Both the position numbers and the translations under genes were made by a program. Below, piece by piece: positions 17,675-27,347 of a stretch of 64,000 nucleotides of DNA (position 1 is the first letter of the stretch; the number at the start of each line of letters is the position of its first letter). The DNA is from a virus. Under the pieces are notes generated by a model. The model made no database searches, was not told the DNA's origin, and saw only the letters and a program-made list of their open reading frames with translations. Location: IMG/VR virus record IMGVR_UViG_3300023181_000004, positions 19,297-83,296 of that record. The stretch is one strand, 5' to 3'.

Positions 17675-20053
17675 ATGATCACGACAGCCCGCGCGTTTCA
17701 CCCCGGCATGGGCCAGGCAGTTGCGGAGCGAACCATCCTGCGCCCCGGTGAGGGCTGGGCAGAAGTTGCCGATCGCGTTTCGCTCGGCAACACGCTGCTC
17801 CACCCCACCGGTGCCGCGGATAAGTTCGACTTCCGCAATCACCTGCGCAACGCTACGATCCTGATGAGCGGCCGGCACCTCCAGCACGGCGACGCCGATC
17901 AGCCCTCTCGCAACCTTGAAGTCTTCTCGAACTGCTCGACGTCAGCGCTGTCGATGTTGCTGTTCTATCTCCTGCTCAACGGCTCGGGCGTCGGCCGCTC
18001 CTACGACGACGATATGATGGTCGTCGACTGGGACGACTGCCCCAACGTCCGCTGCGTGCTCGACGAGAGCCACCCTGATTTCGTGTGGGGTCAGGACGAG
18101 AGCGTCAAGGACGCTCGCCACAAATACGCCAAGGGTTCGCGCGTCATCTGGTTCGAGGTGCCCGATAGCCGCGAGGGCTGGGCGCAGGCGATCGAGCAGA
18201 TGGAGACGCTCGCTTTCCAGAAGGCGTTCCGCGATCACATCCTGATCCTCGACTTCTCCAAGGTCCGTTGCAAGGGATCGCCGATCGTCGGCATGCAGAA
18301 CCGGCCGTCGTCCGGCCCGCGTCCGATGATGGATGCGCTGCACAAGATCGCCACGCTCAAGGGCGCCGGTCTGCCGAAGTGGCTGCAGGCGATGTACGTC
18401 GACCACTATCTCGCCGAGCCGGTGCTCGTCGGCGGCGCGCGCCGCGCGGCCCGCATGGCCGTGAAGATCTGGACCGACAAGACGGTCCTCGACTTCATCC
18501 GCGTCAAGCGCCCGACCGAGTACGAAGGCCTGTCGATGGACGAGGTCATCGAGAAGCGCGCGGCCTATTTCGCCGCCGGCCAGACGCCGCCCTTCCCGTT
18601 CCTGTGGTCGTCGAACAACTCGATCGGCGTCACCAAGGACTTCTGGCGCCGCCTCGCGCTGCAGCCCGGCGATCAGGGCTACAACAGCGAGATGACCCGC
18701 CATGCTCGTGAGGTCCACCGCGTGGCCAGCGAGTGCGCCTACGCTGACGGCACCGGTGAGCCGGGGTATCTGAACCTCGACGAGCTGACGCAGAAGGACA
18801 AGGGCCAGTCGTCGCTGCTCGACGGCAGCTTCGTGGGGTCGTCGCGCTTTCAGGTGACGGACGAGACCCGCATCCTGCTGGCCGCGGTGGCCAAGCGCGC
18901 GGCGAAGAAGCCGTTCTGGACCATCGTCAATCCCTGCGGTGAGATCCCGCTGGCAGTCTACGGCGGCTACTGCGTCATCGCCGACAACGTGCCGTTCCAT
19001 GCGGACACGTTCGAGGAAATCCTGTCGGCCGGCGAGCACTCGGCGCGTGCGCTGATCCGCGTCAACCTGATGGACAACCTCTACGCCAAGGAGACGGCTC
19101 GCACGAACCGGATCGGCGTGGGCCAGACGGGCGTTCACGAGTTCGCGTGGAAGTTCTTCAAGGTCGGCTTCAACGATCTGGTCAAGCCGGACTTCGCTGC
19201 CTACCAGCAGGCCTCCGAACTCTATTACTCAGCGTTCTCGCACCCGCTGAATGCGATCGAAGGTCTGGCCAAGCACGCCGACGCCGGCATTCGCGCCGCA
19301 GCCTTTTGGGAGTTCCAGGGGCACTACGCACGCAACACCATGCGTGCTGCGTTCGCCTATGCCGACAGCATTGGCGTCAACCGCCCGCACACGGTCACCA
19401 CGATCAAGCCGGCTGGCACCACGTCGAAGCTGTTCGGTCTGTCGGAAGGCTGGCATCTGCCGGCGCTCGCGTTCTACCTGCGCTGGGTCCAGTTCCGTTC
19501 GGACAGCCCGCAGGTCGCCGAGTACCGCGCCAAGGGCTACCAGACGCGCGAGCTGACCACCTATCAGGGCACGACCATCGTGGGCTTCCCGACGGAGCCG
19601 ACGATCGCCACGCTCGGCATGGGTGACGAGCTGGTGCTGGCCGGCGACGCCTCGCCGCAGGCGCAGTACGACTGGCTCAAGCTGGGTGAGTTCTTCTGGA
19701 TCGAGGGCGGCAGCGTCGCGGACTATCTGCGCGGCGACGGCGCGCGGCCCGGCGAGGAACGCCACGGCGGGCAGATCAGCTACACGCTCAAGTACAAGTT
19801 CGAGGACACGTCCTACGATCAGTTCCTTGAGACGCTGACGGCCAATCAGGGTCAGGTCCGTGCCTGCTCCGTGATGCCGCAGACGGACGCGGCGAACTCG
19901 GCATACGAATATCTGCCCGAGGAACCGGTGACCAAGGTCCAGTACGAGGAGATCACCCGTGCGATCTCCGAGGCGATGGCCGAGGACATTGGCCGTGAGC
20001 ACGTCGACTGCTCGTCCGGCGCCTGCCCGATCGACTTCAAGGCAGCTGCCTAA
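17675..20053 (+). CDS. nrdJ: Class II (adenosylcobalamin-dependent) ribonucleotide reductase, monomeric type
   Basis: FSNCS, GSGVG, DSREGW, SNNS, NPCGE, RIGVG, TTIKPAGTTSKL, C-terminal CSSGACP. Confidence 0.85.
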   Translation: MITTARAFHPGMGQAVAERTILRPGEGWAEVADRVSLGNTLLHPTGAADKFDFRNHLRNATILMSGRHLQHGDADQPSRNLEVFSNCSTSALSMLLFYLLLNGSGVGRSYDDDMMVVDWDDCPNVRCVLDESHPDFVWGQDESVKDARHKYAKGSRVIWFEVPDSREGWAQAIEQMETLAFQKAFRDHILILDFSKVRCKGSPIVGMQNRPSSGPRPMMDALHKIATLKGAGLPKWLQAMYVDHYLAEPVLVGGARRAARMAVKIWTDKTVLDFIRVKRPTEYEGLSMDEVIEKRAAYFAAGQTPPFPFLWSSNNSIGVTKDFWRRLALQPGDQGYNSEMTRHAREVHRVASECAYADGTGEPGYLNLDELTQKDKGQSSLLDGSFVGSSRFQVTDETRILLAAVAKRAAKKPFWTIVNPCGEIPLAVYGGYCVIADNVPFHADTFEEILSAGEHSARALIRVNLMDNLYAKETARTNRIGVGQTGVHEFAWKFFKVGFNDLVKPDFAAYQQASELYYSAFSHPLNAIEGLAKHADAGIRAAAFWEFQGHYARNTMRAAFAYADSIGVNRPHTVTTIKPAGTTSKLFGLSEGWHLPALAFYLRWVQFRSDSPQVAEYRAKGYQTRELTTYQGTTIVGFPTEPTIATLGMGDELVLAGDASPQAQYDWLKLGEFFWIEGGSVADYLRGDGARPGEERHGGQISYTLKYKFEDTSYDQFLETLTANQGQVRACSVMPQTDAANSAYEYLPEEPVTKVQYEEITRAISEAMAEDIGREHVDCSSGACPIDFKAAA

Positions 20054-20068
20054 ATTACCCGGTAGTTT
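20052..20068. promoter_or_regulatory. 17-bp palindromic operator-like motif AAANTACNNNGTANTTT; other copies at 5831, 17589, 27291, 28123, 38616, 40591
   Basis: AT-rich dyad recurring mainly at gene boundaries. Confidence 0.6.
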
Positions 20069-20091
20069 TAGAACTACCGCGTGACTTCTAC

Positions 20092-20128
20092 AACCCGGCC
20101 CGCAACATGCGGGTCGGGTTTTTCTTTG
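20092..20128 (+). terminator. Intrinsic terminator after nrdJ
   Basis: ACCCGGCCCGCA-ACA-TGCGGGTCGGGT followed by T tract. Confidence 0.75.
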
Positions 20129-20146
20129 CCCGAAAGGAAGCAGCCA

Positions 20147-21091
20147 ATGCGTAATCTTCTCCTCGCCGTCAGCGCCATAGCCCTCGTGGCCGCAACGCCC
20201 TACCCCGACCGCAATGGCAAGGGCGTGGTCGATGCGGCCAATGTCATCCCGGCAGCTGATGAGCTGGCGCTCAATGAGAAGATCGTTGCCTGGGACAAGG
20301 CAACCGGCCATCAGCTGGTCGTCGCCACTGTGCCGTCGCTGGGCGGGCAGAACATCGTCGACTACAGCGTCGGCCTGTTCCGGTCATGGCAGCTCGGCCG
20401 CAAGGGCGTGAACGACGGCGTTGTCCTGCTGCTGGCGCCGAACGAGCGCAAGGTGCGGATCGAGGTCGGCTACGGTTTGGAGCCGACGCTGACGGATGCG
20501 ACGACCAGTGTCATCATTCACGACACGATCGTGCCCGCTCTCAAGCAGCGTGACATCGTCACCGCGCTGAACAACGGCGTCGATAACATCATGGCGAACG
20601 CCAAGACCGACGAGCCGGCGCTGACGCCAGTCGATCACGAAAGCCACGGCGGCTGGATGTGGGTTGTCGCGGGGCTGCTCGGTCTCGGCGGTGTGGGCGG
20701 CACGTTGCTGGTGCGCCGCTCGGCGCGCAAGCGCCGCGAGGAAGAAGCGCAACGCGCCGAGGTGCGTCGTCGCTACACCGCCGATCGCATGAAGGACGTG
20801 CCACCCGGCGAGGCCCGCATGTTCGTGGTGCCCGATCGCCCGGCGCGCCCCCGCACCGAGACGTTCCGTAGTGGGGTCGACGATCCCTTCTTCGGTGCAG
20901 CTGGTGCGCGAGCAGCCGCCAAGCCATACATTCCTTCCGCACCTACTCCCGTGCGTCGCGACCCCGATCCGGTCTACGTGCCCACATCCAGCTCGTCCAG
21001 CTCGTCATCTTCATCGAGCAGCGACAGCTCGTCGTCGTTCGATAGCGGCGGCGGGTCATGCGGCGGTGGTGGGTCCGACAGCAGCTATTAA
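20147..21091 (+). CDS. TPM-domain (YgcG-like) membrane protein with Ser/Gly-rich tail
   Basis: Signal peptide; VVDAANVI, QLVVATVPSL, WQLGRKGVNDGVVLL, RIEVGYGLE; TM helix; SSSFDSGGGSCGGGG tail. Confidence 0.85.
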   Translation: MRNLLLAVSAIALVAATPYPDRNGKGVVDAANVIPAADELALNEKIVAWDKATGHQLVVATVPSLGGQNIVDYSVGLFRSWQLGRKGVNDGVVLLLAPNERKVRIEVGYGLEPTLTDATTSVIIHDTIVPALKQRDIVTALNNGVDNIMANAKTDEPALTPVDHESHGGWMWVVAGLLGLGGVGGTLLVRRSARKRREEEAQRAEVRRRYTADRMKDVPPGEARMFVVPDRPARPRTETFRSGVDDPFFGAAGARAAAKPYIPSAPTPVRRDPDPVYVPTSSSSSSSSSSSSDSSSSFDSGGGSCGGGGSDSSY

Positions 21092-21108
21092 TCCTTGGAG
21101 AATAAGAC

Positions 21109-21675
21109 ATGGCCATGATCCCCCTCACCGCAGGCATCACGCTGCTCTCGGGCAAGATGTTCGATTATCTCAACCCCGGTGCGACGCGGCTCGACGTTCA
21201 CGATCTCGTGACGCTTGCTAACATCTGTCGGTTTGCCGGGCACTTGCCGATCTTCTACTCGGTGGCACAACATCTGGTGAACACGAGCTATATTGTGCCA
21301 CCCGAGTTTGCCTATGAAGCTCTTCTTCACGATAGGTCGGAGGCGTTCACCAACGACATTCCGACGCCGCTCAAGGTGGCGCTGCCGGCGTTCAAGGCGC
21401 TGGAGATCACGATCGAGGATGCGACCGCGCCTATGTTTGGCGTGCCGCTGGTCATGTCCAAGAGCGTGAAGCTCGCCGATCGCCAGATGCTCGGGCTGGA
21501 GATGCGCTTCGTCAAGGGCGACTTCGAGGATCACGAGGTGCTGCAGGGCATCGAGTTCGAGCACCTCAAGGACATGCCTGGCGTCGATCTCACGTCGTGG
21601 ACACCGCGCCTCGCCAAGGCGAATTTCCTGCGCCGCTTCGAGGAACTCGGCGGCTTCGATCGGTGCGTGGCATGA
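21109..21675 (+). CDS. HD-domain phosphohydrolase (YfbR/YfdR-like 5'-deoxynucleotidase)
   Basis: LANICRFAGH..FYSVAQH..ALLHDRSEA..D..VKLAD. Confidence 0.8.
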   Translation: MAMIPLTAGITLLSGKMFDYLNPGATRLDVHDLVTLANICRFAGHLPIFYSVAQHLVNTSYIVPPEFAYEALLHDRSEAFTNDIPTPLKVALPAFKALEITIEDATAPMFGVPLVMSKSVKLADRQMLGLEMRFVKGDFEDHEVLQGIEFEHLKDMPGVDLTSWTPRLAKANFLRRFEELGGFDRCVA

Positions 21676-21992
21676 CCAAGGTGCGCCCCGGTGACATCGT
21701 CACCTTCAAAGCCGTCGTGACTCGCGCAGCCGACTACGATGGCGGCCAGCAGATCATGGCCAAGATCCTCCCGAAGGGTGAGGAGATTGGCTGGTGCCTG
21801 CCGAAGGAGAACGCCTTCGAGGTCCACGAGACGAAGCTCACGGTCGGCGACAGGGTCAAGATGATCGACCGGCCCGGCCACATCGACTCGTGGGAGGTCA
21901 AGGCGATCTTCGACAACGATCAGGTCGCGGTCCAGAAGGTCGGCAACTGGCCGGTCGAGATGGCCAACGCCAAGAACTTGAGGAGGCTCTGA
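21672..21992 (+). CDS. Hypothetical protein
   Basis: ATGA overlap. Confidence 0.6.
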   Translation: MTKVRPGDIVTFKAVVTRAADYDGGQQIMAKILPKGEEIGWCLPKENAFEVHETKLTVGDRVKMIDRPGHIDSWEVKAIFDNDQVAVQKVGNWPVEMANAKNLRRL

Positions 21993-22375
21993 TGACCCAG
22001 CTCTATATCCCGCAGATCGGCGATCTCATTCGCCTGACCGCGCCGCTGACGATCTCGATCGCCGAGACCAACAACGCGTGGGGCAACAACGTGAACGACA
22101 ATTCGTTCTGGCGTATCAACCACGCGGACCAGCCTTGGGACTACCAGCAGTCGCGGTTCATCACCGACGCCACGTTGGAGGTGGGGACGGTCCTCGCCTT
22201 CCGGCGCTACCATGTCAGCGTCCACGCCAAGACGAACGACGTCGAGGTGTCGATCTTCGCCGCTCCGCGCGCCGACCTGACGCCGAAAAAGAACGGCGGC
22301 AGGGGCTTGATGCTCAAGCTGGTTCTTCCCACCTCGGTCTTGAACCGCATCGAATATGAGAAAGTGGATCCCTGA
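21992..22375 (+). CDS. Hypothetical phage protein, paralog of 1678..2148
   Basis: TGATG coupling; GGAGG RBS. Confidence 0.65.
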   Translation: MTQLYIPQIGDLIRLTAPLTISIAETNNAWGNNVNDNSFWRINHADQPWDYQQSRFITDATLEVGTVLAFRRYHVSVHAKTNDVEVSIFAAPRADLTPKKNGGRGLMLKLVLPTSVLNRIEYEKVDP

Positions 22376-22962
22376 TGTTCAAGAAACTCGATAGCGCCAT
22401 CGCCTTCGCAGCGATCGCCCACGCCGGGCAGGTTCGGAAATTCACCGGCCTGCCCTACATCCTCCACCCGCTCGCGGTCATGGAAATCCTCCACGCTCAC
22501 GCTGCGATCGTCACCGAGGACGAGCTTATCGCCGCGGTGCTGCACGACGTGGTCGAGGACACGCAGGTCACCATCAAGGACGTCGAGCGCCGCTTCGGCA
22601 GCACGGTCGCCGGCTTGGTCTTCGACCTGACGGATCAGTTCATGGATCCGAAGCTCGGCAATCGGCGCGAGCGCAAGGAGAAGGAGCGCGCGCGGCTCGC
22701 GACGATCAGTCCGCAGGCGCAGTCGATCAAATACGCCGACCTGATCCACAACACCACCTCGATCGTCCCGAACGACCCCGACTTCGCTCGCGTCTATCTC
22801 AAAGAGAAGGCAGCGCTGCTGGAGGTTATGACGGAGGGCGACGAGATCCTCTACCGGCTGGTGCACGAGTCGCTCCAAGCCGGACAAGCCGCCCTCGTTC
22901 AACACGCACTGGAGAAAGCCGATGAGCACACCCCCTCCCGCTCCCCCGCCGCGGCGGCCTGA
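22375..22962 (+). CDS. Small alarmone hydrolase-like HD protein (SpoT-HD/Mesh1 family)
   Basis: AHAGQVRK..PYILHPLAV..AAVLHDVVEDT..FG..V..LTD..IKYADLIHN. Confidence 0.85.
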   Translation: MFKKLDSAIAFAAIAHAGQVRKFTGLPYILHPLAVMEILHAHAAIVTEDELIAAVLHDVVEDTQVTIKDVERRFGSTVAGLVFDLTDQFMDPKLGNRRERKEKERARLATISPQAQSIKYADLIHNTTSIVPNDPDFARVYLKEKAALLEVMTEGDEILYRLVHESLQAGQAALVQHALEKADEHTPSRSPAAAA

Positions 22963-23062
22963 ACCGCTGCCGGCCAAGATCGTCAGCCACATGACGCCGA
23001 CGCAGTACCGCGTGCTGCAGGCGTCGACGAAGTCGCTCGACAACCTGCTCAAGGGTCACTGA
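22922..23062 (+). CDS. Small Pro-rich hypothetical protein (46 aa)
   Basis: GGAGA RBS; fills the gap; below ORF-track cutoff. Confidence 0.4.
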   Translation: MSTPPPAPPPRRPEPLPAKIVSHMTPTQYRVLQASTKSLDNLLKGH

Positions 23063-23063
23063 T

Positions 23064-23792
23064 ATGGATTATATTCTCGCCTCCGATCTGCACATGGACA
23101 CCGGCCACGCCGGTGTCCCGTTGCGGACGATGGACTGGGGCAATGCGATCACGCCGATCCTGATCGCCGGCGACCTCGGCAATGGCCTCGGCAACTTCGG
23201 CTTCATCGAGAAGCTGCGACGCAAAGGCCACACCGTGTTCCTGACCGACGGCAACCACGAGCACTACGCCAACAAGGCGCAGAAGCGCTCGCTGATGGAA
23301 ACCGAGCTGGCCTTCCAGCGGCTCGCCGGTCACCCGTCGGTGGTTCAGCTGCGCAGCGGCCTCTACCTCATCATGTGCAACGGCTGGTACGTCGTCGAGG
23401 ACGAAGAGCACTGGCAGAACTACATGAACGACAGCCGCCACGGCGCACTGTCGGCCGAGGTGGTGAACGCCGCCGCTCGGCGCCACGCCGACTTCGTCGC
23501 GGCCTCGCTGATGCGCTTGCCGCACGACAGCAAGGCGATCGTGATGACGCACACGGTGCCGTGTGAGCAGAGCCTCGACCCGCGCTTCGTCGGCTCGGCC
23601 GGCAATCCGTATTATTGGAACCCGCACATGGAGCGGGTGCTGATCGCGGGGCGTGACTCGATCGCGGCGTGGCATCACGGCCACACCCATTTCCCGATGA
23701 ACATTGTCCACGAGGGCGTGAAGATCATCACGAACCCGCGCGGCTATCCTGGAGAGGTGCAATCATGGCGACCACTGGCCTTAACGATCTGA
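23064..23792 (+). CDS. Calcineurin-like metallophosphoesterase
   Basis: SDLH, AGD, GNHE, TH, HGHTH, NPRGY. Confidence 0.85.
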   Translation: MDYILASDLHMDTGHAGVPLRTMDWGNAITPILIAGDLGNGLGNFGFIEKLRRKGHTVFLTDGNHEHYANKAQKRSLMETELAFQRLAGHPSVVQLRSGLYLIMCNGWYVVEDEEHWQNYMNDSRHGALSAEVVNAAARRHADFVAASLMRLPHDSKAIVMTHTVPCEQSLDPRFVGSAGNPYYWNPHMERVLIAGRDSIAAWHHGHTHFPMNIVHEGVKIITNPRGYPGEVQSWRPLALTI

Positions 23793-24688
23793 ACGACATC
23801 CCGCGCGCATGGCGCTCGGCACTTGCGTCAATCCAGACGCTGGCGCCCGAGGCGGTCATCGCCGGCGGGTGTTTGCGGGACCGCGAGCACGGGGTGAAAG
23901 TCAAGGATATCGACATTTTCGTGCCATGCGAGAGCGTGGACAGCCATGAGGGCAAGCTGTTCGAGCAGCGGATGAAGAACGACGGGTGGCAGGACGTGCA
24001 GACCTTGCACGACGAGAGCTATAACGGCTCGCGTATCTCCCGCTCGATCGAGACGATGTTCCCCGGCTGTCCGCCGATCAATATCATCGTCATGCCCTAT
24101 GCATTGATCGAATTCGACTTCGGCATCTGTCAGATCGAGTTCAACGGCAAGCGTATCCTGCGCACCCGCGACTACAACATCGACTTCCGGGCCAAGCAGT
24201 TCCGACTGGTGCCCAAGGTCGGCGATGCCGAGTTCGTGCGGTCGCTGAACCGCTGGGCGCGGCTCAAGGAGAAGTACGAAGGATGGAAGCTCAACCTCGG
24301 AAGCCGGGCGGAGCAGCCGGGCACGATCACCGGTTACATCGATTACGCCTCGGGCGGTCCGCTCAACATGCCGGGGGTGCGCACCTTGGCACAAGCGATG
24401 ACGATGGCGAAAACAACGCAACTGGCGCCACCACGCACAGCCGACATGATCCACACTCTCAACGATCTGTCCGGTCACGGACCCGGCGAGTATATCGTGG
24501 ACCGAGCGATTGCGGAACGACTAGCCAGAGAGACGACGGCACAGATCATCGGCCAACACCGCAACAGCCACGGCGTTGTGGTCAAAGTGGACGACAAAGC
24601 GGTGATACCGATGCGGAAAATCGTCGAGGACATGCTGGTGGTGCGGGATCGGCTGTCGCGGAAGTACACGTCGCCCGGCCAACCCTAA
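23765..24688 (+). CDS. CCA-adding/poly(A) polymerase head-like nucleotidyltransferase
   Basis: VIAGGCLRD..KDIDIF; FDFGICQI. Confidence 0.7.
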   Translation: MATTGLNDLNDIPRAWRSALASIQTLAPEAVIAGGCLRDREHGVKVKDIDIFVPCESVDSHEGKLFEQRMKNDGWQDVQTLHDESYNGSRISRSIETMFPGCPPINIIVMPYALIEFDFGICQIEFNGKRILRTRDYNIDFRAKQFRLVPKVGDAEFVRSLNRWARLKEKYEGWKLNLGSRAEQPGTITGYIDYASGGPLNMPGVRTLAQAMTMAKTTQLAPPRTADMIHTLNDLSGHGPGEYIVDRAIAERLARETTAQIIGQHRNSHGVVVKVDDKAVIPMRKIVEDMLVVRDRLSRKYTSPGQP

Positions 24689-24788
24689 CGGAGTTAATGA
24701 AGGGGCCGCTTGTCGGCCCCTTCGACCGTCTCTATCTATTAGATCTGCTGCGCACCGCGCGTGCGCCGCGGCTGCGAAGGAAGATCCA

Positions 24789-25001
24789 ATGCCTGCTGAA
24801 CCAGACCTCATTGCCTGTGTAGACTATCGCACCATCGAGCTGCGCGTCATCGCCTTCATGATGGACGACAGCTTCGAACAGCAGCAGGCGATCAACCGGC
24901 GCGAGCGCACGGTCAAGCTGCTGTCGAGGTCACCGACCGGTTGTCGTTGCTCTGAACCGGAGATGCAGCGGTTGACATCGCGATCCGGGGTTCCTAAGTA
25001 A
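24789..25001 (+). CDS. 70-aa protein with PolA-like short motifs
   Basis: AAGGAAG RBS; VDYRTIELRVIA and TGCRCSEPEMQRL. Confidence 0.45.
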   Translation: MPAEPDLIACVDYRTIELRVIAFMMDDSFEQQQAINRRERTVKLLSRSPTGCRCSEPEMQRLTSRSGVPK

Positions 25002-25006
25002 CCCAA

Positions 25007-25612
25007 ATGACAATTGATCTTCTTGAAATAGTGGGTCGGTTCCTCGATGGGGCTGATAATCGAGACGAACTTCTGGTGGCACACGACGTGCTAACCAAGG
25101 GGTATCGTCTTGTTGATGATCATGCCGAGTTGCCACTGACGCGCGGACAATGGGCCAAGGTGTCTTTGGACGACCTTCCTCGCTTGTTGGAGCATAAGTG
25201 GTTCTGTATCGGCGACGGAAGTCGCGCTCATCCTTTTGTTGCCCGAGCAAAGATCAGTGGCGCAGGCGTGGCGATGGCTCGCTTCGTTCTTGAGATGACT
25301 GATCCAGATCTGATTGCCGACCATCGCGACTGGAACACGCTTAACAATCAACGTAATAATCTTCGAGCGGTGAATAAGCTGCAAAGCAGTCAATACCGTC
25401 GAGGTTGGAAACGAAAGAATACCACCAGCGGCTCTCCTTTCAAAGGGGTGTACGGAAAAGAAGGACGATGGCGTTCGGTAATAAAATACGAAGGTAAACC
25501 TATTCATTTAGGTTATTTCAAAACAGAAACAGAAGCTGCTCAAGCATACGATGCAGCTGTGGAGAAATATCATGGCGAATACGCCGCAAGAAACTATCCC
25601 GCAGCTTCGTGA
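25007..25612 (+). mobile_element. Free-standing HNH-AP2 homing endonuclease
   Basis: DHRDWNTLNNQRNNLR (HNH); SPFKGV..WRSVI..HLGYF..AAQAYDAA (AP2); low GC. Confidence 0.85.
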
Positions 25613-27272
25613 AAAACAAGTTGGGCAGCTGGCGTTCTACATAGGCCATCCGAAGTGCTTGGATCTTAGCGATCCAGGAACTGGAAAGACCGCTCCGTGT
25701 TGCGTGTATTCATATATGATGTGGAACCGTGGCCAGAAGAAAACTCTGTGGTCTATGCCGAAGAGCTTATTGAAAAAAAATCTGCGCGAGATGGTCCGCT
25801 TCACCGAGTTCAAGGTGGCCAATCCCAAGAAGTACACGCCAGGCGACGACGTGGTGATCCTCCACACCGACCGCGCCACGCTAACGCAGAACTGGACCGG
25901 TCCCACGATCGCTTCCGAGCGCAAGCGCAGCGGCTTCAAGTGCCGCCTGCCCGGCTCGACCACCGAGACCAGCTCGATCGAGCTGGCCGATATGGCCAAG
26001 GCACGTGGGCTAGGACCGATCAAGCTCGGCTACCTCGCCGAGGACGGCAAGTGGTATCTGCTGAATGGCAAGGGCGGGCACGATGAGAAGCCCGACGGCT
26101 GGGTGATCGTCGACCCTCTGCTCGGGCCGGACGGCAAGCCGCAGAAGGCGACGCGCGCCGACCCCGAGATGTTCAAGGATTTGATCGCCGCGGCGGCGCA
26201 GGACGGCGCCAAGGTGGTGATCTGCACCTTCGCATTCATGTCGGCGCACTGGAAGCGCGTGCTCGACGCGTTCCCCGACATCGATCTGTTGCTCGTCGAC
26301 GAGCTGCACATGGGCTACGGCGGGCTGGAGAGCAAGCAGACCGAGTCCTTCTACTTCGTCAACAAGCGCGTCAGCCGCTTCGTCGGCATGACCGGCACGC
26401 TCATCAACGGGCGGCTGGACACGGCCTTCCCGGCGATCCACGTCATCGAGCCGCGCTACTACGGCTCGCACATGGGCTTCTACTTCGAGCACGTTCAGGC
26501 GATGGACGACTATGGCCGCCCGATCCGCTGGAAGAACGAGGCTAAGCTCTCGGCGATCATCAACAAGCACTCCATCCGTCGGACCTTCGAGGAGGTCTAC
26601 GGCAAGGAGGACGTGGTGTTCTTCGTCGAAGAGATCGAGATGCACGAGAAGGTGCGCGAGGCCTACGACGTCTTCCACGAGACGGCCATCCTCGAACTGC
26701 AGGACGGCCGGGTGCTGGACGGCAGCATGGTTGGTGTAGCGCAGATGCGCGCACGTCAGATCATGGCGCATCCCGAGACGATGATCGCCGAGATCCCGAA
26801 ATGGACCGAGAAGGACGAGCGCCTGATGATCCACCTTGCCAAGGGCAAGCAGACCTTGGTGTTCGCTGCCCTGCAACCCGAGCAGGAGCGTCTACTGCGT
26901 CTGTGTGAGGAGCTTGGCCTCCGTGCTGCCCTGATCAACGCCAACGTGTCTGGTGCGGCTCGCAGCCGCATTGACGAGGCCGCGCAGCGCGGCGAGCTGG
27001 ATGTCATCGTGGCGTCGGGACCGACGACTGCCGTGGGGTACAACTGGGAGATGTTCGACCTCGTGATCTTCGTGTCCATCGATTTTATGGACGTGAATAT
27101 ATTACAGGCATATCGCCGGGCCAGCCGCGGCACGCGAACGAAGGCGCTCCACGTCGTGTTCTTCAAGTACGAGGACTCGATCGACGATCGCATGTACGAG
27201 ATCGTGAAAGAGAAATCGGCGCTGGCCAATCGGGTCGACAGCACGCGGCCGGTGCTCGACTTCACTTCCTAA
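25572..27272 (+). CDS. Superfamily 2 (SNF2-like) helicase
   Basis: DPGTGKT, VDELH, MTGT, GYN, QAYRRASR. Confidence 0.85.
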   Translation: MANTPQETIPQLREKQVGQLAFYIGHPKCLDLSDPGTGKTAPCCVYSYMMWNRGQKKTLWSMPKSLLKKNLREMVRFTEFKVANPKKYTPGDDVVILHTDRATLTQNWTGPTIASERKRSGFKCRLPGSTTETSSIELADMAKARGLGPIKLGYLAEDGKWYLLNGKGGHDEKPDGWVIVDPLLGPDGKPQKATRADPEMFKDLIAAAAQDGAKVVICTFAFMSAHWKRVLDAFPDIDLLLVDELHMGYGGLESKQTESFYFVNKRVSRFVGMTGTLINGRLDTAFPAIHVIEPRYYGSHMGFYFEHVQAMDDYGRPIRWKNEAKLSAIINKHSIRRTFEEVYGKEDVVFFVEEIEMHEKVREAYDVFHETAILELQDGRVLDGSMVGVAQMRARQIMAHPETMIAEIPKWTEKDERLMIHLAKGKQTLVFAALQPEQERLLRLCEELGLRAALINANVSGAARSRIDEAAQRGELDVIVASGPTTAVGYNWEMFDLVIFVSIDFMDVNILQAYRRASRGTRTKALHVVFFKYEDSIDDRMYEIVKEKSALANRVDSTRPVLDFTS

Positions 27273-27347
27273 CGTACCCTCCTTTCCTTCAAATTACCTA
27301 GTAGTTTAGAGAAAACGAGAGAAGAGTAACCAAGGAGTTTGATCACT

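Noticed and set aside
20985-21085. Low-complexity Ser/Gly run as a repeat element
   Set aside because: Normal C-terminal tail of TPM-domain proteins
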